DNA of 64,000 bases from Alphaproteobacteria bacterium (GCA_964291395.2 OZ219858.1:1264953-1328952), one strand, 5' to 3'; shown: positions 21,877-32,293, numbered from the stretch's first letter. The notes: generated from the sequence alone by a model not told the origin. Translations and numbers: made by a program.

Positions 21877-22227
21877 TTAGGTGCTCTGCAATCGATCGGC
21901 AATATCGTCGAGACGCGCCGCAACCCGGTCGATCGCGGTGTTTGCCGCCTTGACGACCTCGCCTGCGGCCTTGTCGCCGACCAGTTTCATGTCGGCGATG
22001 TCCGACTCGAGGCGGGCAATGGCATTGCGAGAATCGAACAACTCATCCGCGATGAGCAGTCCGGCCATGAGCATGAGACGCGCTTCTCCGACCTGGCCGA
22101 TCGATCGCACCAATTCCGTGACGCTGCGGTTCAAATGGTCCCCGAGCTCGAGCAGATGCTCCTCTTCGCCATCCTCGCAGGCAACGAGGTATTCCCGGCC
22201 GTTGACCGTCATCGCAACCTGGGCCAT
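21877..22227 (-). CDS. zapA: Cell division protein ZapA
   Basis: VNGREYLVACEDGEEEHL...LMAGLLIADEL. Confidence 0.92.
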   Translation of the reverse strand: MAQVAMTVNGREYLVACEDGEEEHLLELGDHLNRSVTELVRSIGQVGEARLMLMAGLLIADELFDSRNAIARLESDIADMKLVGDKAAGEVVKAANTAIDRVAARLDDIADRLQST

Positions 22228-22228
22228 G

Positions 22229-22528
22229 TCAGGCACTGAGCACTTCGCGGAGCCGGCCGATCGTCTCATCCAGCCGATCCCGAACAGTGTCCGTTATGTT
22301 TTCCAGGACGCGGTACTCGACTTGCGCGTCTTCCAATGCGGTCGCAAGGGCATTCTTCTCCGCCTGCAACGAATTCAGCCGGGATTTCAGGGAATTGACT
22401 TCAGATTCGAGCGATTCGACCCGCTTGGCGGTGGACTTCTCAACCGCCGAAATTCGATCCGCGATTGCCTGTTCGAGCCGGCTGGCCGATCGTTCCAAGC
22501 GGTCGGTGGCCAAAACCTCTTCATTCAT
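22229..22528 (-). CDS. Coiled-coil DUF4164-like protein
   Basis: Coiled coil ending RLDETIGRLREVL; conserved position upstream of zapA. Confidence 0.8.
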   Translation of the reverse strand: MNEEVLATDRLERSASRLEQAIADRISAVEKSTAKRVESLESEVNSLKSRLNSLQAEKNALATALEDAQVEYRVLENITDTVRDRLDETIGRLREVLSA

Positions 22529-22617
22529 GACCTTCGTCCTCCCCGCCCCGTCCGGCGGTCGGCCAACAAATGATTTATTATTTTATCCAAAGGGGTTATC
22601 TGATGACCTTGGCAGGC

Positions 22618-22647
22618 AGCATAGGCTTGGTTTCGAAGCGCCGTCAA
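22618..22647 (-). promoter_or_regulatory. Putative sigma70 promoter for DUF4164-zapA-ssrS
   Basis: TTGACG-N18-TATGCT on the minus strand. Confidence 0.45.
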
Positions 22648-23121
22648 CCGCGTGCGCCGTGAGGGATCGAAACCTGAGCAATGCTTGAGCGACCGTCCCG
22701 ACACTCTCCAAACCCCAAACCGGGCGCTCCCAATGTGGCCATCCTTTATGAAGCATGCCACGGCCTCGGGGTTGCGTCCGGAGGGCTCCATCCGCGCCGG
22801 GGCCTGCGGCGATGCGGCTCCGCTTCGAGGTGCGCCATTTGGCCGAGGTCGAGTTCGCCGCTTGCGTCGGCGCGATACTCACGACTTTTCGTCGGTCAGG
22901 TCGAGAACCTTCCGGTAAATGACGGCGCCGAGCCGGTGGACAACCGCCTGATCTCGTAGAGCTTGACCGCGATGGGGATTTTGCCCCTTCTCGGAACCTC
23001 CTCCGGGGTCAAGTTCGGGGGGAGCACGACACCGTCGCCGTAGTCGACGTTCGGCGATCTTGTCGTCGTCCTGAACTAGGACGCTAGCCTGACAACGTCG
23101 TGAACGTGAAGGTAGACTTCC

Positions 23122-23787
23122 ATGATGGCTTCGACCGGATGCCGCCTCTATTTGGTATCGCCGCCCAAGGTCGACGCGCTGCGCTTCTCCGAGCAGCTCA
23201 AGGCCGCGTTCGACGGCGGCGACGTCGCCTGCCTCCAGTTGCGGTTGAAGGACCGCGACGACGCCGAAGTCTTGCGCGCGGCGGAACTTCTGGCACCCAT
23301 CTGCCACCGGTATGATGCCCCGTTGCTCATCAATGATCGTCCGGATCTCGCCGCGGCCAGCGACTCGGACGGTGTGCATATCGGTCAGGAAGATGCGACC
23401 TTCGAGGAGGCCCGGGAGCTTCTGGGACCTGACAAGATCATCGGTGTGACATGTCACGACTCACGCGACCTCGCCATCACCGCCGTGGAGAACGGAGCCG
23501 ATTACGTGGCGTTTGGCGCGTTCTATCGGACCGGCACGAAGTCCGCCAAGACGCGGGCCGCGCCCGATATCTTGAAATGGGTCGCGGATACCATGCCGAC
23601 ACCGACCGTTGCCATCGGTGGCATCACACCGCTGAATTGTCCTCCGCTGGTTCGAGCGGGCGCGGATTTTCTGGCTGTCATCTCGGCCGTATGGGACCAC
23701 GAACATGGACCGACGGCCGGAGTCCGTGCCTTCAACGATGCGGTCGCGCGCACATTGGACCGGGATCCCGGCGACTCGGTTCAATGA
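23122..23787 (+). CDS. thiE: Thiamine-phosphate synthase
   Basis: QLRLK, LINDRPD, DGVHIGQED, VAIGGI. Confidence 0.9.
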   Translation: MMASTGCRLYLVSPPKVDALRFSEQLKAAFDGGDVACLQLRLKDRDDAEVLRAAELLAPICHRYDAPLLINDRPDLAAASDSDGVHIGQEDATFEEARELLGPDKIIGVTCHDSRDLAITAVENGADYVAFGAFYRTGTKSAKTRAAPDILKWVADTMPTPTVAIGGITPLNCPPLVRAGADFLAVISAVWDHEHGPTAGVRAFNDAVARTLDRDPGDSVQ

Positions 23788-23883
23788 CGGTTCGATCAAT
23801 TGAACGGGTATGGACAAGCTGTTAGGTTCCGCGCCTCCGGGTAGATTTGACCGGGACCCGGACCCGGACCGCAAACCAAGATC

Positions 23884-24450
23884 ATGCGAATAAACGGCAA
23901 TGCAATCCGGCCGGGAATGGTGATCGAGCACAACGGTGAATTGTGGACTGCGGTCAAGATCCAGCATACGCAGCCGGGCAAGGGGGGCGCCTACCTTCAG
24001 GTCGAGCTCAAAAACCTGAAAAACGGATCGAAGCTCAACGAGCGGTTCCGTTCATCCGAATCGGTCGAGCGCGTTCGGCTCGATCAAAAGGAGCATCAGT
24101 TCCTGTACGCGGATGGCGAAATGTTCACGTTCATGAACACCGAGACTTATGATCAGACTCAACTCCCTTCGGATCTCGTCGGCGAGCCTGCCGTGTTTCT
24201 GCAAGACGGCATGATCGTGACGATCGAGAGCTACGAAGGCACTCCCATCCGAGTCGAACTTCCCGAGACCGTGACCATGGCGGTAGCCGAGACCGAGCCC
24301 ACGGTCCGGGGACAAACGGCGGCTGCCTCGTACAAACCCGCCATCCTGGAAAACGGCGTACGCACCATGGTGCCGCCGTTCATTGAGATCAGCGACCGGA
24401 TCGTGGTCAACACGGCCGACGGAAGTTACGCCAAACGGGCTGAAGCCTGA
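23884..24450 (+). CDS. efp: Elongation factor P
   Basis: PGKGGA loop, SYKPA. Confidence 0.97.
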   Translation: MRINGNAIRPGMVIEHNGELWTAVKIQHTQPGKGGAYLQVELKNLKNGSKLNERFRSSESVERVRLDQKEHQFLYADGEMFTFMNTETYDQTQLPSDLVGEPAVFLQDGMIVTIESYEGTPIRVELPETVTMAVAETEPTVRGQTAAASYKPAILENGVRTMVPPFIEISDRIVVNTADGSYAKRAEA

Positions 24451-24481
24451 GTCTTCTTGCCCACTATCGGGAAGGCCGAAC

Positions 24482-25288
24482 ATGGCAGTCCGATCCGCGT
24501 TGATCAACGTCATGACGGGCGCCGCCCGCAAGGCCGCGCGGACCCTCGTTCACGATTTCGGCGAGGTCGAACAGCTCCAGGTTTCGATGAAGGGGCCCGC
24601 GGATTTCGTGTCCGCCGCGGACAGGCGTGCGGAACAGATACTCCTCGCGGAACTCACGTCAGCCCGCCCCCGTTATGGCGCGCTCTTGGAGGAATCAGGT
24701 GAGATCCAAGGGGAGGACACGTCGAATCGCTGGATTGTGGACCCCCTCGACGGGACACTGAACTTTCTCCACGGAATTCCGCACTTCTGCCTCAACATCG
24801 CGGTCGAACGCGACGGCGAGATCATTGCCGGCGTCACGTACGATCCTCTGCGCGACGAGATGTTCTGGGCGGAGAGAGGCGCCGGCGCATACCTCAATCA
24901 CAATCGCCTGCGTGTCTCTACTCGCGAACGTTTGGAGACGGCGGTCCTGGCAACGGGCCTTCCACCACGGCAGCGGCGGAATCATCGCGGCTTTGCCGCG
25001 GAGCTATCCGCCATGACGCCGAAAACCGCCGGTATTCGGCGTTTGGGGTCCGCGGCGCTCGATCTCGCCTACGTCGCCGCAGGCCGGCTCGACGGGTTCT
25101 GGGAAAAGGGGCTTGGTCCTTGGGATCTGGCGGCCGGGATCGTGCTGGTCCGAGAAGCCGGGGGATTTGTGGGAGAGATGGGCGGCGGGAGCGACATGAT
25201 GAATACCGGCGACGTCATCGCGGCGAATGACCGCCTGTTCGACACGATCGGGGAGACGCTTCGAAGCGCGGCGAGCGAAGGGCAGTGA
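24482..25288 (+). CDS. suhB: Inositol monophosphatase family protein
   Basis: WIVDPLDGT, GSAALDLAYVAAGR, WDLAAG. Confidence 0.93.
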   Translation: MAVRSALINVMTGAARKAARTLVHDFGEVEQLQVSMKGPADFVSAADRRAEQILLAELTSARPRYGALLEESGEIQGEDTSNRWIVDPLDGTLNFLHGIPHFCLNIAVERDGEIIAGVTYDPLRDEMFWAERGAGAYLNHNRLRVSTRERLETAVLATGLPPRQRRNHRGFAAELSAMTPKTAGIRRLGSAALDLAYVAAGRLDGFWEKGLGPWDLAAGIVLVREAGGFVGEMGGGSDMMNTGDVIAANDRLFDTIGETLRSAASEGQ

Positions 25289-25418
25289 CGACGCCTCCTA
25301 CGGCCTCGGTGCAGCAGACGAAGGCCCACGGGAATTCCCGTGGGCGACACCCTGGCTAACCTGTTGTCGGGTTATACCCCCTGAGCTATTGTGCCTGACC
25401 GCTGAGTGGGCGAGGGGG

Positions 25419-26507
25419 ATGGCCGCAAGACACATAATGGAGTCAGATCAGGTCATGTCGTTTTGCGTGTCGTCGGCGCAGGCTGCCCAATGCACAAGGT
25501 TTCGTTCCGCCGCCACCATGTTGGGGGCGCTGGTACTTTCTTCGTGGCTGACAGCGGAGGCTTTGGCACAGTCCACGGTGGTCATCGGCGGCGGCGGAAG
25601 GCCTGCGGTAGAGGTGAATCTCGACGCGCTCGATCGCCCACGAGGCCAATTCTCCAGTACGGGCCGGCGACTTCTCATGCCGGGAGAGCGGGGGACGGAA
25701 GCCGTGCGACTGCGCTTTCCCGGTTCCGTGGTGGGGGACTCTTCCACACCGGCAGCATCACCTCCGACCTTGCAGCGTCCCGTCTCCGCACCCCGACCTC
25801 GAGCGGCACGGCAAGCCGCCGGACCGATGCCCGCCTTGCCCCCTCCGAAGGTAACGCAACGCGCTGTCCAGCCACCGGTTCGAGCGGCAGCTCCTGCGTC
25901 CAAGCCCGTACCGAAGGCACCTCCGCCCGCTCCCAAAGCGGCGGCGCCCGCTCCGGCCAAAGCGGTCGCGTCGCGGCAGGTCGCGCCCGGATCCACGCCA
26001 CTCCCGAAATTGGCGGCTCCACTATCGCCGGTTGCTGAGGCGCCGCCGCCGACTCCGAAAGCGCCGCCCGCCAGGGCTGAGCAGGCACCCGTCCGGAACG
26101 CCGTGGTACAACCCAAGTCGTCGCCGGCGGCGGTACAGCCCAGTCGTACGGAGCGCCGGGTCGCCGCGCTGCCCCGGGTTCCGTTGCCACCGGATGGCGG
26201 ACAAATTCTTCGCATCGATTTCCTCGGCGCAAGTACGCGGCTGACACCGGACGCCGAACGAAGATTGGGGTCCCTGGCCGTAACGATGATGAAGAGCGAC
26301 GGCCGTCTGCAGTTGAAAGCGTACGCGGGCGGGACGGTCGAAACCCTCAGCTCGGCGCGACGCCTCTCGTTGTCACGTGCACTGGCGGTACGTTCATTCC
26401 TTATCGAACAGGGAATACGAAGCACGCGGATCGATGTTCGAGCGCTGGGACGCGCGGAGGACGACGGGCCACCTGAACGCGTTGACATCGTCCTCCTGAC
26501 CCAGTGA
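25419..26507 (+). CDS. Secreted protein with Pro/Ala-rich linker and C-terminal OmpA-like domain
   Basis: Signal-like segment ending ALAQ; ARRLSLSRALAVRSFL..RIDVRALG; start uncertain. Confidence 0.8.
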   Translation: MAARHIMESDQVMSFCVSSAQAAQCTRFRSAATMLGALVLSSWLTAEALAQSTVVIGGGGRPAVEVNLDALDRPRGQFSSTGRRLLMPGERGTEAVRLRFPGSVVGDSSTPAASPPTLQRPVSAPRPRAARQAAGPMPALPPPKVTQRAVQPPVRAAAPASKPVPKAPPPAPKAAAPAPAKAVASRQVAPGSTPLPKLAAPLSPVAEAPPPTPKAPPARAEQAPVRNAVVQPKSSPAAVQPSRTERRVAALPRVPLPPDGGQILRIDFLGASTRLTPDAERRLGSLAVTMMKSDGRLQLKAYAGGTVETLSSARRLSLSRALAVRSFLIEQGIRSTRIDVRALGRAEDDGPPERVDIVLLTQ

Positions 26508-26584
26508 CCGCAACCGACCCCAGAGGCGACCGACCAAGAGCGGGCGAAAGGCGCCCCCGCTCGGACGTCGCTCCAGGTGTTCGC

Positions 26585-27727
26585 ATGACTCGTCCCCAGG
26601 GTTTTCTGATGCGGATGAGCCTTTTCGTCGTGGCCGTCATCGGCGCAGCGGCATTCCTCGCCGAGCAGCTGGAACGCTCGTTCATGGCCAACCCCGGCCT
26701 CAACGGGCTGATTCTCGGTGTTCTGTTGCTCGGTATCGTCTACGTATTCCGACAGGTCCTGGTTCTGGGACCCGAGGTCGAGTGGGCCGAACGCTTTCGC
26801 CATCGCGACTCCGGCGTGACGGTGCATCGACCCCCGACTCTCCTGGCCCCGATGGCGACGATGCTCGGTGATCAACCCAACCATCGCTGGCTTTCGACGT
26901 TGTCGATGCGCTCCTTGCTCGATGGCATTGCGTCGCGGCTTGACGAATCCCGAGAAATGGCCCGGTATCTGATCGGCCTTCTGATCTTTCTCGGCCTTTT
27001 GGGCACTTTCTGGGGCCTTCTTCAAACCGTAACGGCGGTCGGCGATACGATCCGTGATCTCACGGTGGAAGTAGACGATCCTGGCGCCCTGTTCGGGTCG
27101 TTGAAGGCAGGACTGGAGGCCCCGCTTGCCGGAATGGGGACGGCGTTTTCGTCGTCTCTGTTTGGTCTCGCCGGATCCCTCGTCCTTGGATTCCTGGAGC
27201 TCCAGGCAGGTCAAGCGCAGAACCGTTTCTACAACGAGTTGGAAGAATGGCTTTCCAGCATCACCCGACTCTCGTCGGGCATCGGTGTCGGGGATGGCGA
27301 GCAATCCGTGCCTGCGTACGTGAGCGCGCTGCTGGAGCAAACGGCCGAAAGCCTGGATACGTTGCAACGCACGATCGCCCGCAGCGCGAATGACAGTGCA
27401 TCGGCAAATTCCACCCTCCTGTCCCTGTCCGATCGCCTGGCAAGCCTTACCGATCAAATGAAATCGGAACAGGGCCTCATGGTCAGGCTTGCCCAAAGCC
27501 AGATGGAAATGCAGCCGGTCTTGGAACGACTGACGGAAGCCGCATCGGCAGGAACGACGATCTCCCTGGACGAGGCGAGCCGCGCGCATCTGCGCAACCT
27601 CGACGTGTACGTCAAGCGCTTTCTCGAGGAGTCCGGTCCTGCCCGTGAGCATCTCATTCAGGAGTTTCGCAGCGAGATAAAGTTGCTCGCCCGGACGATA
27701 GCGGCGCTCGGGCGCGACTCAAGATAG
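26585..27727 (+). CDS. MotA/TolQ/ExbB-family channel protein with long C-terminal helical tail
   Basis: Four TMs, LIFLGLLGTFWGL and GMGTAFSSSLFG motifs. Confidence 0.85.
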   Translation: MTRPQGFLMRMSLFVVAVIGAAAFLAEQLERSFMANPGLNGLILGVLLLGIVYVFRQVLVLGPEVEWAERFRHRDSGVTVHRPPTLLAPMATMLGDQPNHRWLSTLSMRSLLDGIASRLDESREMARYLIGLLIFLGLLGTFWGLLQTVTAVGDTIRDLTVEVDDPGALFGSLKAGLEAPLAGMGTAFSSSLFGLAGSLVLGFLELQAGQAQNRFYNELEEWLSSITRLSSGIGVGDGEQSVPAYVSALLEQTAESLDTLQRTIARSANDSASANSTLLSLSDRLASLTDQMKSEQGLMVRLAQSQMEMQPVLERLTEAASAGTTISLDEASRAHLRNLDVYVKRFLEESGPAREHLIQEFRSEIKLLARTIAALGRDSR

Positions 27728-27745
27728 CGGCAAAGGAACGACGCC

Positions 27746-29116
27746 GTGCCCGCGCTCGTCAGTCGAGGAAGAATGCGGCGCAGCGACAACATCTGGCCGG
27801 GGTTCGTCGATGCGCTCGCGACCTTGCTGCTGGTCATCATCTTCGTTCTCGCCGTCTTCATGATTACGCATTTTTTCCTCAGTCAAGCTCTGACGGGGCG
27901 GGACGAGGCGCTCCAGCGACTGAACAGACAGCTGACGGAAATCTCCGAACTGCTCGCTTTGGAACGCCGATCCAACGAGGACTTGCGCCTCAATGTCGCC
28001 CAGTTGTCGGCGTCGCTGCAGAAATCGACACGTGAACGCGATCAACTCGCCCTCGATCTGGATGAGACGGAATCCAGGCTGGCTGCCGCGGTGGAGACAG
28101 TTGCCGCGGATCGCGAAACCATCGAGGCGCAGCTCGGCGAGATTGAGCGTCTCAAACGTGACATCGCCGCGCTGACGTCCGTGCGAAATGATCTGGAGCA
28201 ACAGGTGGGCGCACTCGCCGAGTCCCTCGACGACTCCGAGGCGCTCGCCGCGCGGCTCCGAGAAGAAAGCAAGGAGCTCGAAGCACGGCTCCGGGAAGAA
28301 AGCAAGACGCTCGCCGCACAGCTTCGCGACGAAAGTAAGGCGCTTGAAGCACGCCTCGCGGACGAACGGGAACGGACCCTGTTGGCCCAACGGGAGCTGG
28401 AAGATCGTGAACTGCGGCTTGCGGAGCTCCAGCGTCTGTACAATGAGAGTACGGACTCCTTGAGCAGGGAAAGGGATCTGTCCGCCGAGGCCCGCGCTCA
28501 AGTTGCGCTCCTGAACCAACAGCTCAGTGCCGTGCGCCAGCAACTGGCGCGTCTCAATGCCGCCTTGGAGGCGGCCGAAGCGAAAGACGAGGAGCAAGAG
28601 GCCGTCATCGCCGATCTCGGCAAGCGGCTTAACGTGGCGCTGGCCCAAAAGGTCGAGGAGCTCTCGCGCTATCGATCGGAATTCTTCGGACGCTTGCGCG
28701 AAGTTCTGGGAGACAGAAGAGACATTCGCGTGGACGGCGACCGGTTCATCTTCCAGTCGGAAGTCCTGTTCGCGTCGGGCTCCGCGGAAATCGGTAGCAA
28801 CGGACAACGGCAACTCGCCCAGCTTGCGAGGACCCTGCTGGAGATCGCGAAATCGATACCGCCGGAGATCTCCTGGGTCCTGCGTGTGGACGGCCACACC
28901 GATGTCATCCCGATCTCCACCCCCAGATTTCCCTCAAACTGGGAGCTTTCCACGGCCCGGGCTGTTTCCGTGGTCAAGTTCCTTGTCGATCAAGGCGTAC
29001 CGCCGGCGCGTTTGGCGGCGACGGGTTTTGGTGAATTCCAGCCTCTGGACTCGCGCGCCGACGAGATCGGCCATCGCCGCAATCGGCGCATCGAACTGAA
29101 ATTGACGGAGCGCTGA
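27746..29116 (+). CDS. MotB-like protein: TM Asp, long coiled coil, OmpA peptidoglycan-binding domain
   Basis: WPGFVDAL TM motif; VDGHTD, NWELSTARA, NRRIE. Confidence 0.88.
   Translation: MPALVSRGRMRRSDNIWPGFVDALATLLLVIIFVLAVFMITHFFLSQALTGRDEALQRLNRQLTEISELLALERRSNEDLRLNVAQLSASLQKSTRERDQLALDLDETESRLAAAVETVAADRETIEAQLGEIERLKRDIAALTSVRNDLEQQVGALAESLDDSEALAARLREESKELEARLREESKTLAAQLRDESKALEARLADERERTLLAQRELEDRELRLAELQRLYNESTDSLSRERDLSAEARAQVALLNQQLSAVRQQLARLNAALEAAEAKDEEQEAVIADLGKRLNVALAQKVEELSRYRSEFFGRLREVLGDRRDIRVDGDRFIFQSEVLFASGSAEIGSNGQRQLAQLARTLLEIAKSIPPEISWVLRVDGHTDVIPISTPRFPSNWELSTARAVSVVKFLVDQGVPPARLAATGFGEFQPLDSRADEIGHRRNRRIELKLTER
28244..28375 (+). repeat. Four imperfect 33-bp (11-aa) tandem repeats inside the MotB-like coiled coil
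   Basis: LAARLREESKE/LEARLREESKT/LAAQLRDESKA/LEARLADERER. Confidence 0.8.
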
Positions 29117-29152
29117 CAAGAGATCGGAACTTCACCAATAGATTCTTGCAGA

Positions 29153-30958
29153 CTACTGCGCCGCCGCGACCGTATCCGCGTCCTCGGACGTCTCGAACTG
29201 CAGTTGAGCCAATCGCGCATAGAGTCCGCCCTGTGCCATCAACTCCGCGTGGGTTCCGCTGGCCACCACGTCACCGGCATCCATCACGACGATCCGGTCG
29301 GCCTTCAGCACGGTGGGCAGGCTATGGGCGATGACGAGCGTCGTTCTGCCTTCCATGAGCGTCTCGAGCGCTTGCTGAACCATCCGTTCGTTTTCCGCAT
29401 CGAGTGCGCTGGTCGCCTCATCGAGGAGAAGTATCGTGGGACTGCGTAGAATCGCGCGGGCGATGGAGATTCTCTGGCGCTGGCCGCCTGACAGCTGGGT
29501 GCCGCGATCGCCCAAAAAAGTCCCGTATCCGTCCGGCAGCCGCTCGACGAACTCGGCCGCGGCGGCGGCCTCCGCCGCGGCACGGACTTCCTCGTCGGTC
29601 GCTTCGGGACGCCCGTAGCGGATATTGCTCCAGACGTCGTCGGCGAAAATGACGGGGTCTTGGGGCACCAAACCGATGTGCTGACGCACGTCTTCGGGCC
29701 TGGCATCCCGCAGGTCGGTGCCGTCGATGGAAACCCGCCCCGACTCCGGGTCATAGAACCGGAGAAGAAGCTGGAACACGGTTGTCTTTCCCGCACCTGA
29801 AGGGCCGACGAGCGCCAGCCGCTCACCCGGCGAGACCGAAAGAGAGTACGAGGCCAACGCGCGATATCCGGGTCGGGCCGGGTACCGGAAGGTGACCCGG
29901 TCGAAACGAATCGCGCCGCGCGCGGGCCGTGGCAAGCTGACGGGCGATTCCGGGGCGGAGATCCTGGAACTCGTCCCCAGAAGTTCCATCAAGCGTTCGG
30001 TCGCCCCGGCGGCGCGCTGAAAGTCTCCGTACACTTCCGACAGCGATCCAACGGAGCCGGCCACCATGACCGCATAGAAGACGAACGCGGCGAGTTGACC
30101 GCCGGTCATCGTACCGGAGATCACATCGCGCGCACCGATCCAAAGAACGATGTCAACCGCACCGAACACGAACAGGATGATGATGCCGGTGAGCAGGGCG
30201 CGGGACTTGATCTGGCGGAGGGCCGTCGTGTAGGCGGCCTCGACGATCCCGCCAAATCTCCGGCGGTTGGCGTCCTCGCGGCCAAACGCCTGTATCGTCT
30301 GTACTGCATCGAGAGACTCGCCGGCGAATGCGCCGACATCCGCCACCCTGTCCTGACTCTCGCGGGAAAGCCGCCGGACGCGGCGGCCGAAAAACACGAT
30401 GGGCAATACGACCAGGAGGACGATCAGGAAGACGAGGCCCGTCAGCTTGGGGCTGCTGACGATCAGCAGAATGGAGCCGCCGACGAAGATCATCATGTTA
30501 CGCAGAGCCACGGATGCGCTCGATCCCACGACGGACTGAATGAGCGTCGTATCCGTCGTCAGTCGGGAGAGGATCTCTCCCGTACGCGTCGACTCGAAGA
30601 ACTCGGGGCTGAGGCCGACGACATGCTCGTAGACCTTGCGGCGTATATCCGCGACGACCCGCTCACCCAGGGACGACACGGCGTAGTACCGGCCATACGT
30701 CGCCACGGCGAGCAACGCGACAACTCCGAGCAGCGCGATGAAGTATTGATCGAGAACCGTACTGTCGGCGCTGAATCCGAAATCGACGACGCGGCGAAGT
30801 GCCTGACCGATCGCAAGGACGGCGCCGGCGGCGACTATGAGAGAGGCCAGCGCCGAAACGATGCGAAGCCGATAGGGCCGAAGGAATCCGGCAATGTGCC
30901 GGAGGACGTTGACGCTGTCGCCCTTCGGCCTGTCTTCGATGAACGGTTTTCTACTCAC
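29153..30958 (-). CDS. MsbA-related ABC exporter (fused permease/ATPase)
   Basis: Six TMs, GPSGAGKT, LSGGQRQR, LLLDEATSALD. Confidence 0.92.
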   Translation of the reverse strand: MSRKPFIEDRPKGDSVNVLRHIAGFLRPYRLRIVSALASLIVAAGAVLAIGQALRRVVDFGFSADSTVLDQYFIALLGVVALLAVATYGRYYAVSSLGERVVADIRRKVYEHVVGLSPEFFESTRTGEILSRLTTDTTLIQSVVGSSASVALRNMMIFVGGSILLIVSSPKLTGLVFLIVLLVVLPIVFFGRRVRRLSRESQDRVADVGAFAGESLDAVQTIQAFGREDANRRRFGGIVEAAYTTALRQIKSRALLTGIIILFVFGAVDIVLWIGARDVISGTMTGGQLAAFVFYAVMVAGSVGSLSEVYGDFQRAAGATERLMELLGTSSRISAPESPVSLPRPARGAIRFDRVTFRYPARPGYRALASYSLSVSPGERLALVGPSGAGKTTVFQLLLRFYDPESGRVSIDGTDLRDARPEDVRQHIGLVPQDPVIFADDVWSNIRYGRPEATDEEVRAAAEAAAAAEFVERLPDGYGTFLGDRGTQLSGGQRQRISIARAILRSPTILLLDEATSALDAENERMVQQALETLMEGRTTLVIAHSLPTVLKADRIVVMDAGDVVASGTHAELMAQGGLYARLAQLQFETSEDADTVAAAQ

Positions 30959-31091
30959 GCCACGATTCTGAAGATTTCAGATTCTTGAAGACCGTGGAAC
31001 TCAATGCAGGTCGGTTCACCTTGCCGGAACAAGGACTCGTACGATATAACCCGCTGCCTGACCCCAGAAGATCGTTCTCGGGAGCGTCGCG

Positions 31092-31319
31092 ATGAAAAAG
31101 GACATTCATCCAGATTATCATACGATCACCGTCGTCATGACGGACGGTACCAGCTTCGAGACACGCTCGACCTGGGGCAGCGAAGGAGACACGCTGACCC
31201 TCGATATCGATCCCAAGTCGCATCCGGCCTGGACCGGCGGCGCAGGTCGCCTGGTCGATACGGGCGGCCAAGTCGCCAAGTTCAACAAGAGGTTCAGCGA
31301 ATTCGGCCTGAAGTCCTGA
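31092..31319 (+). CDS. rpmE: 50S ribosomal protein L31
   Basis: [10 protein letters not shown]...[10 protein letters not shown]. Confidence 0.97.
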   Translation: MKKDIHPDYHTITVVMTDGTSFETRSTWGSEGDTLTLDIDPKSHPAWTGGAGRLVDTGGQVAKFNKRFSEFGLKS

Positions 31320-31483
31320 TTTCGTTCCCGTAGCCATCTTCGGTAACGCGCCCTTCGGGATGCACTATTTGATTCTGAAGCGGTTCCGGTTCGACCGGAA
31401 CTGCGAAAGTACTCTTTATCAAATGGGATGTGGCCCCGCGACGGCCATCGCGGGGATGGTTTGCATTCGCGGTGCAGACGCCG

Positions 31484-32272
31484 CTAGATCGCTTCCCTGA
31501 GCGCATCGAGCACCTGATCCGGCCTCTCGATCATCGACATGTGCCCGCAGGCATCGAGGAAAACCGTTCGGGCGGACGGAATCGCGTCCGCCAGATCCCG
31601 TACGGCACGGGGCGGAGTCATCCGATCTTCCCGCCCCAGCACCAGAAGGACGGGACAGTGAACGCGTGACGCCGCATCCAAGCCGTCTCGATAATCATTG
31701 CACGCACAGAGGTCCGTGTAGAGCACGTCGTCGCTCGCCTTTTCGAGCAGGCGTTCGGCGCCTCCCGTCATCCACAGACCCGGAGCCTTGTGCCCGCCGA
31801 GCTGAGCGCCCCGACCGTGGCCCCATACCTTGATCATGTCGATGGCTTGGTGGTCATTCGCCTTTGCGGCTGAAAGAAGCTCTTCGCTCACCACCATGGG
31901 ATACGCGGTTGAAAGCAGCGCGGCCGCGACGACACGTTTGGGAAAGCGGGCGCACAGCTCTAGCGCAATGAGGGACCCCATACTGTGACCCACTACCGAC
32001 GCAGCCTCGATGTCCGCAGCATCCATGAGTCTCGAGAGCCAATCCGCCATGTCGCCGACCGAGGTCAGCAGCGGACCTTCGGAACGCCCATGTCCCGGGA
32101 GATCGACAGCCAGCACATTGCGCCCGTGGTGCGCAAAAAACCGCGTCTGCAGCACCCAGACGGTGCGATCCATGCCTGCTCCGTGCACGAGGACCACGGC
32201 CTCTTGCCCCGGTTCGTGCGACCGCCCACCGGTTGTGGCGAACGCGCGCTTGCCATCGACCTGAAGTTCCAA
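31484..32272 (-). CDS. Alpha/beta hydrolase
   Basis: HGAG, DLPGHG, GHSMG nucleophile elbow. Confidence 0.9.
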   Translation of the reverse strand: MELQVDGKRAFATTGGRSHEPGQEAVVLVHGAGMDRTVWVLQTRFFAHHGRNVLAVDLPGHGRSEGPLLTSVGDMADWLSRLMDAADIEAASVVGHSMGSLIALELCARFPKRVVAAALLSTAYPMVVSEELLSAAKANDHQAIDMIKVWGHGRGAQLGGHKAPGLWMTGGAERLLEKASDDVLYTDLCACNDYRDGLDAASRVHCPVLLVLGREDRMTPPRAVRDLADAIPSARTVFLDACGHMSMIERPDQVLDALREAI

Positions 32273-32293
32273 GATCGCGTTCCTTGACCCGAA

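Noticed and set aside
22681-22959. Transketolase remnant (PGAPNVAIL resembles HPGAP)
   Set aside because: Similarity too short to distinguish from chance
23851-23871. CCGGAC-type hexamer repeats upstream of efp
   Set aside because: Only about three units in GC-rich DNA; no evidence of function
26585-29116. Zorya (ZorAB) anti-phage system or flagellar stator
   Set aside because: No zorC/D/E or flagellar genes adjacent and the context is housekeeping; kept only as an orphan motor
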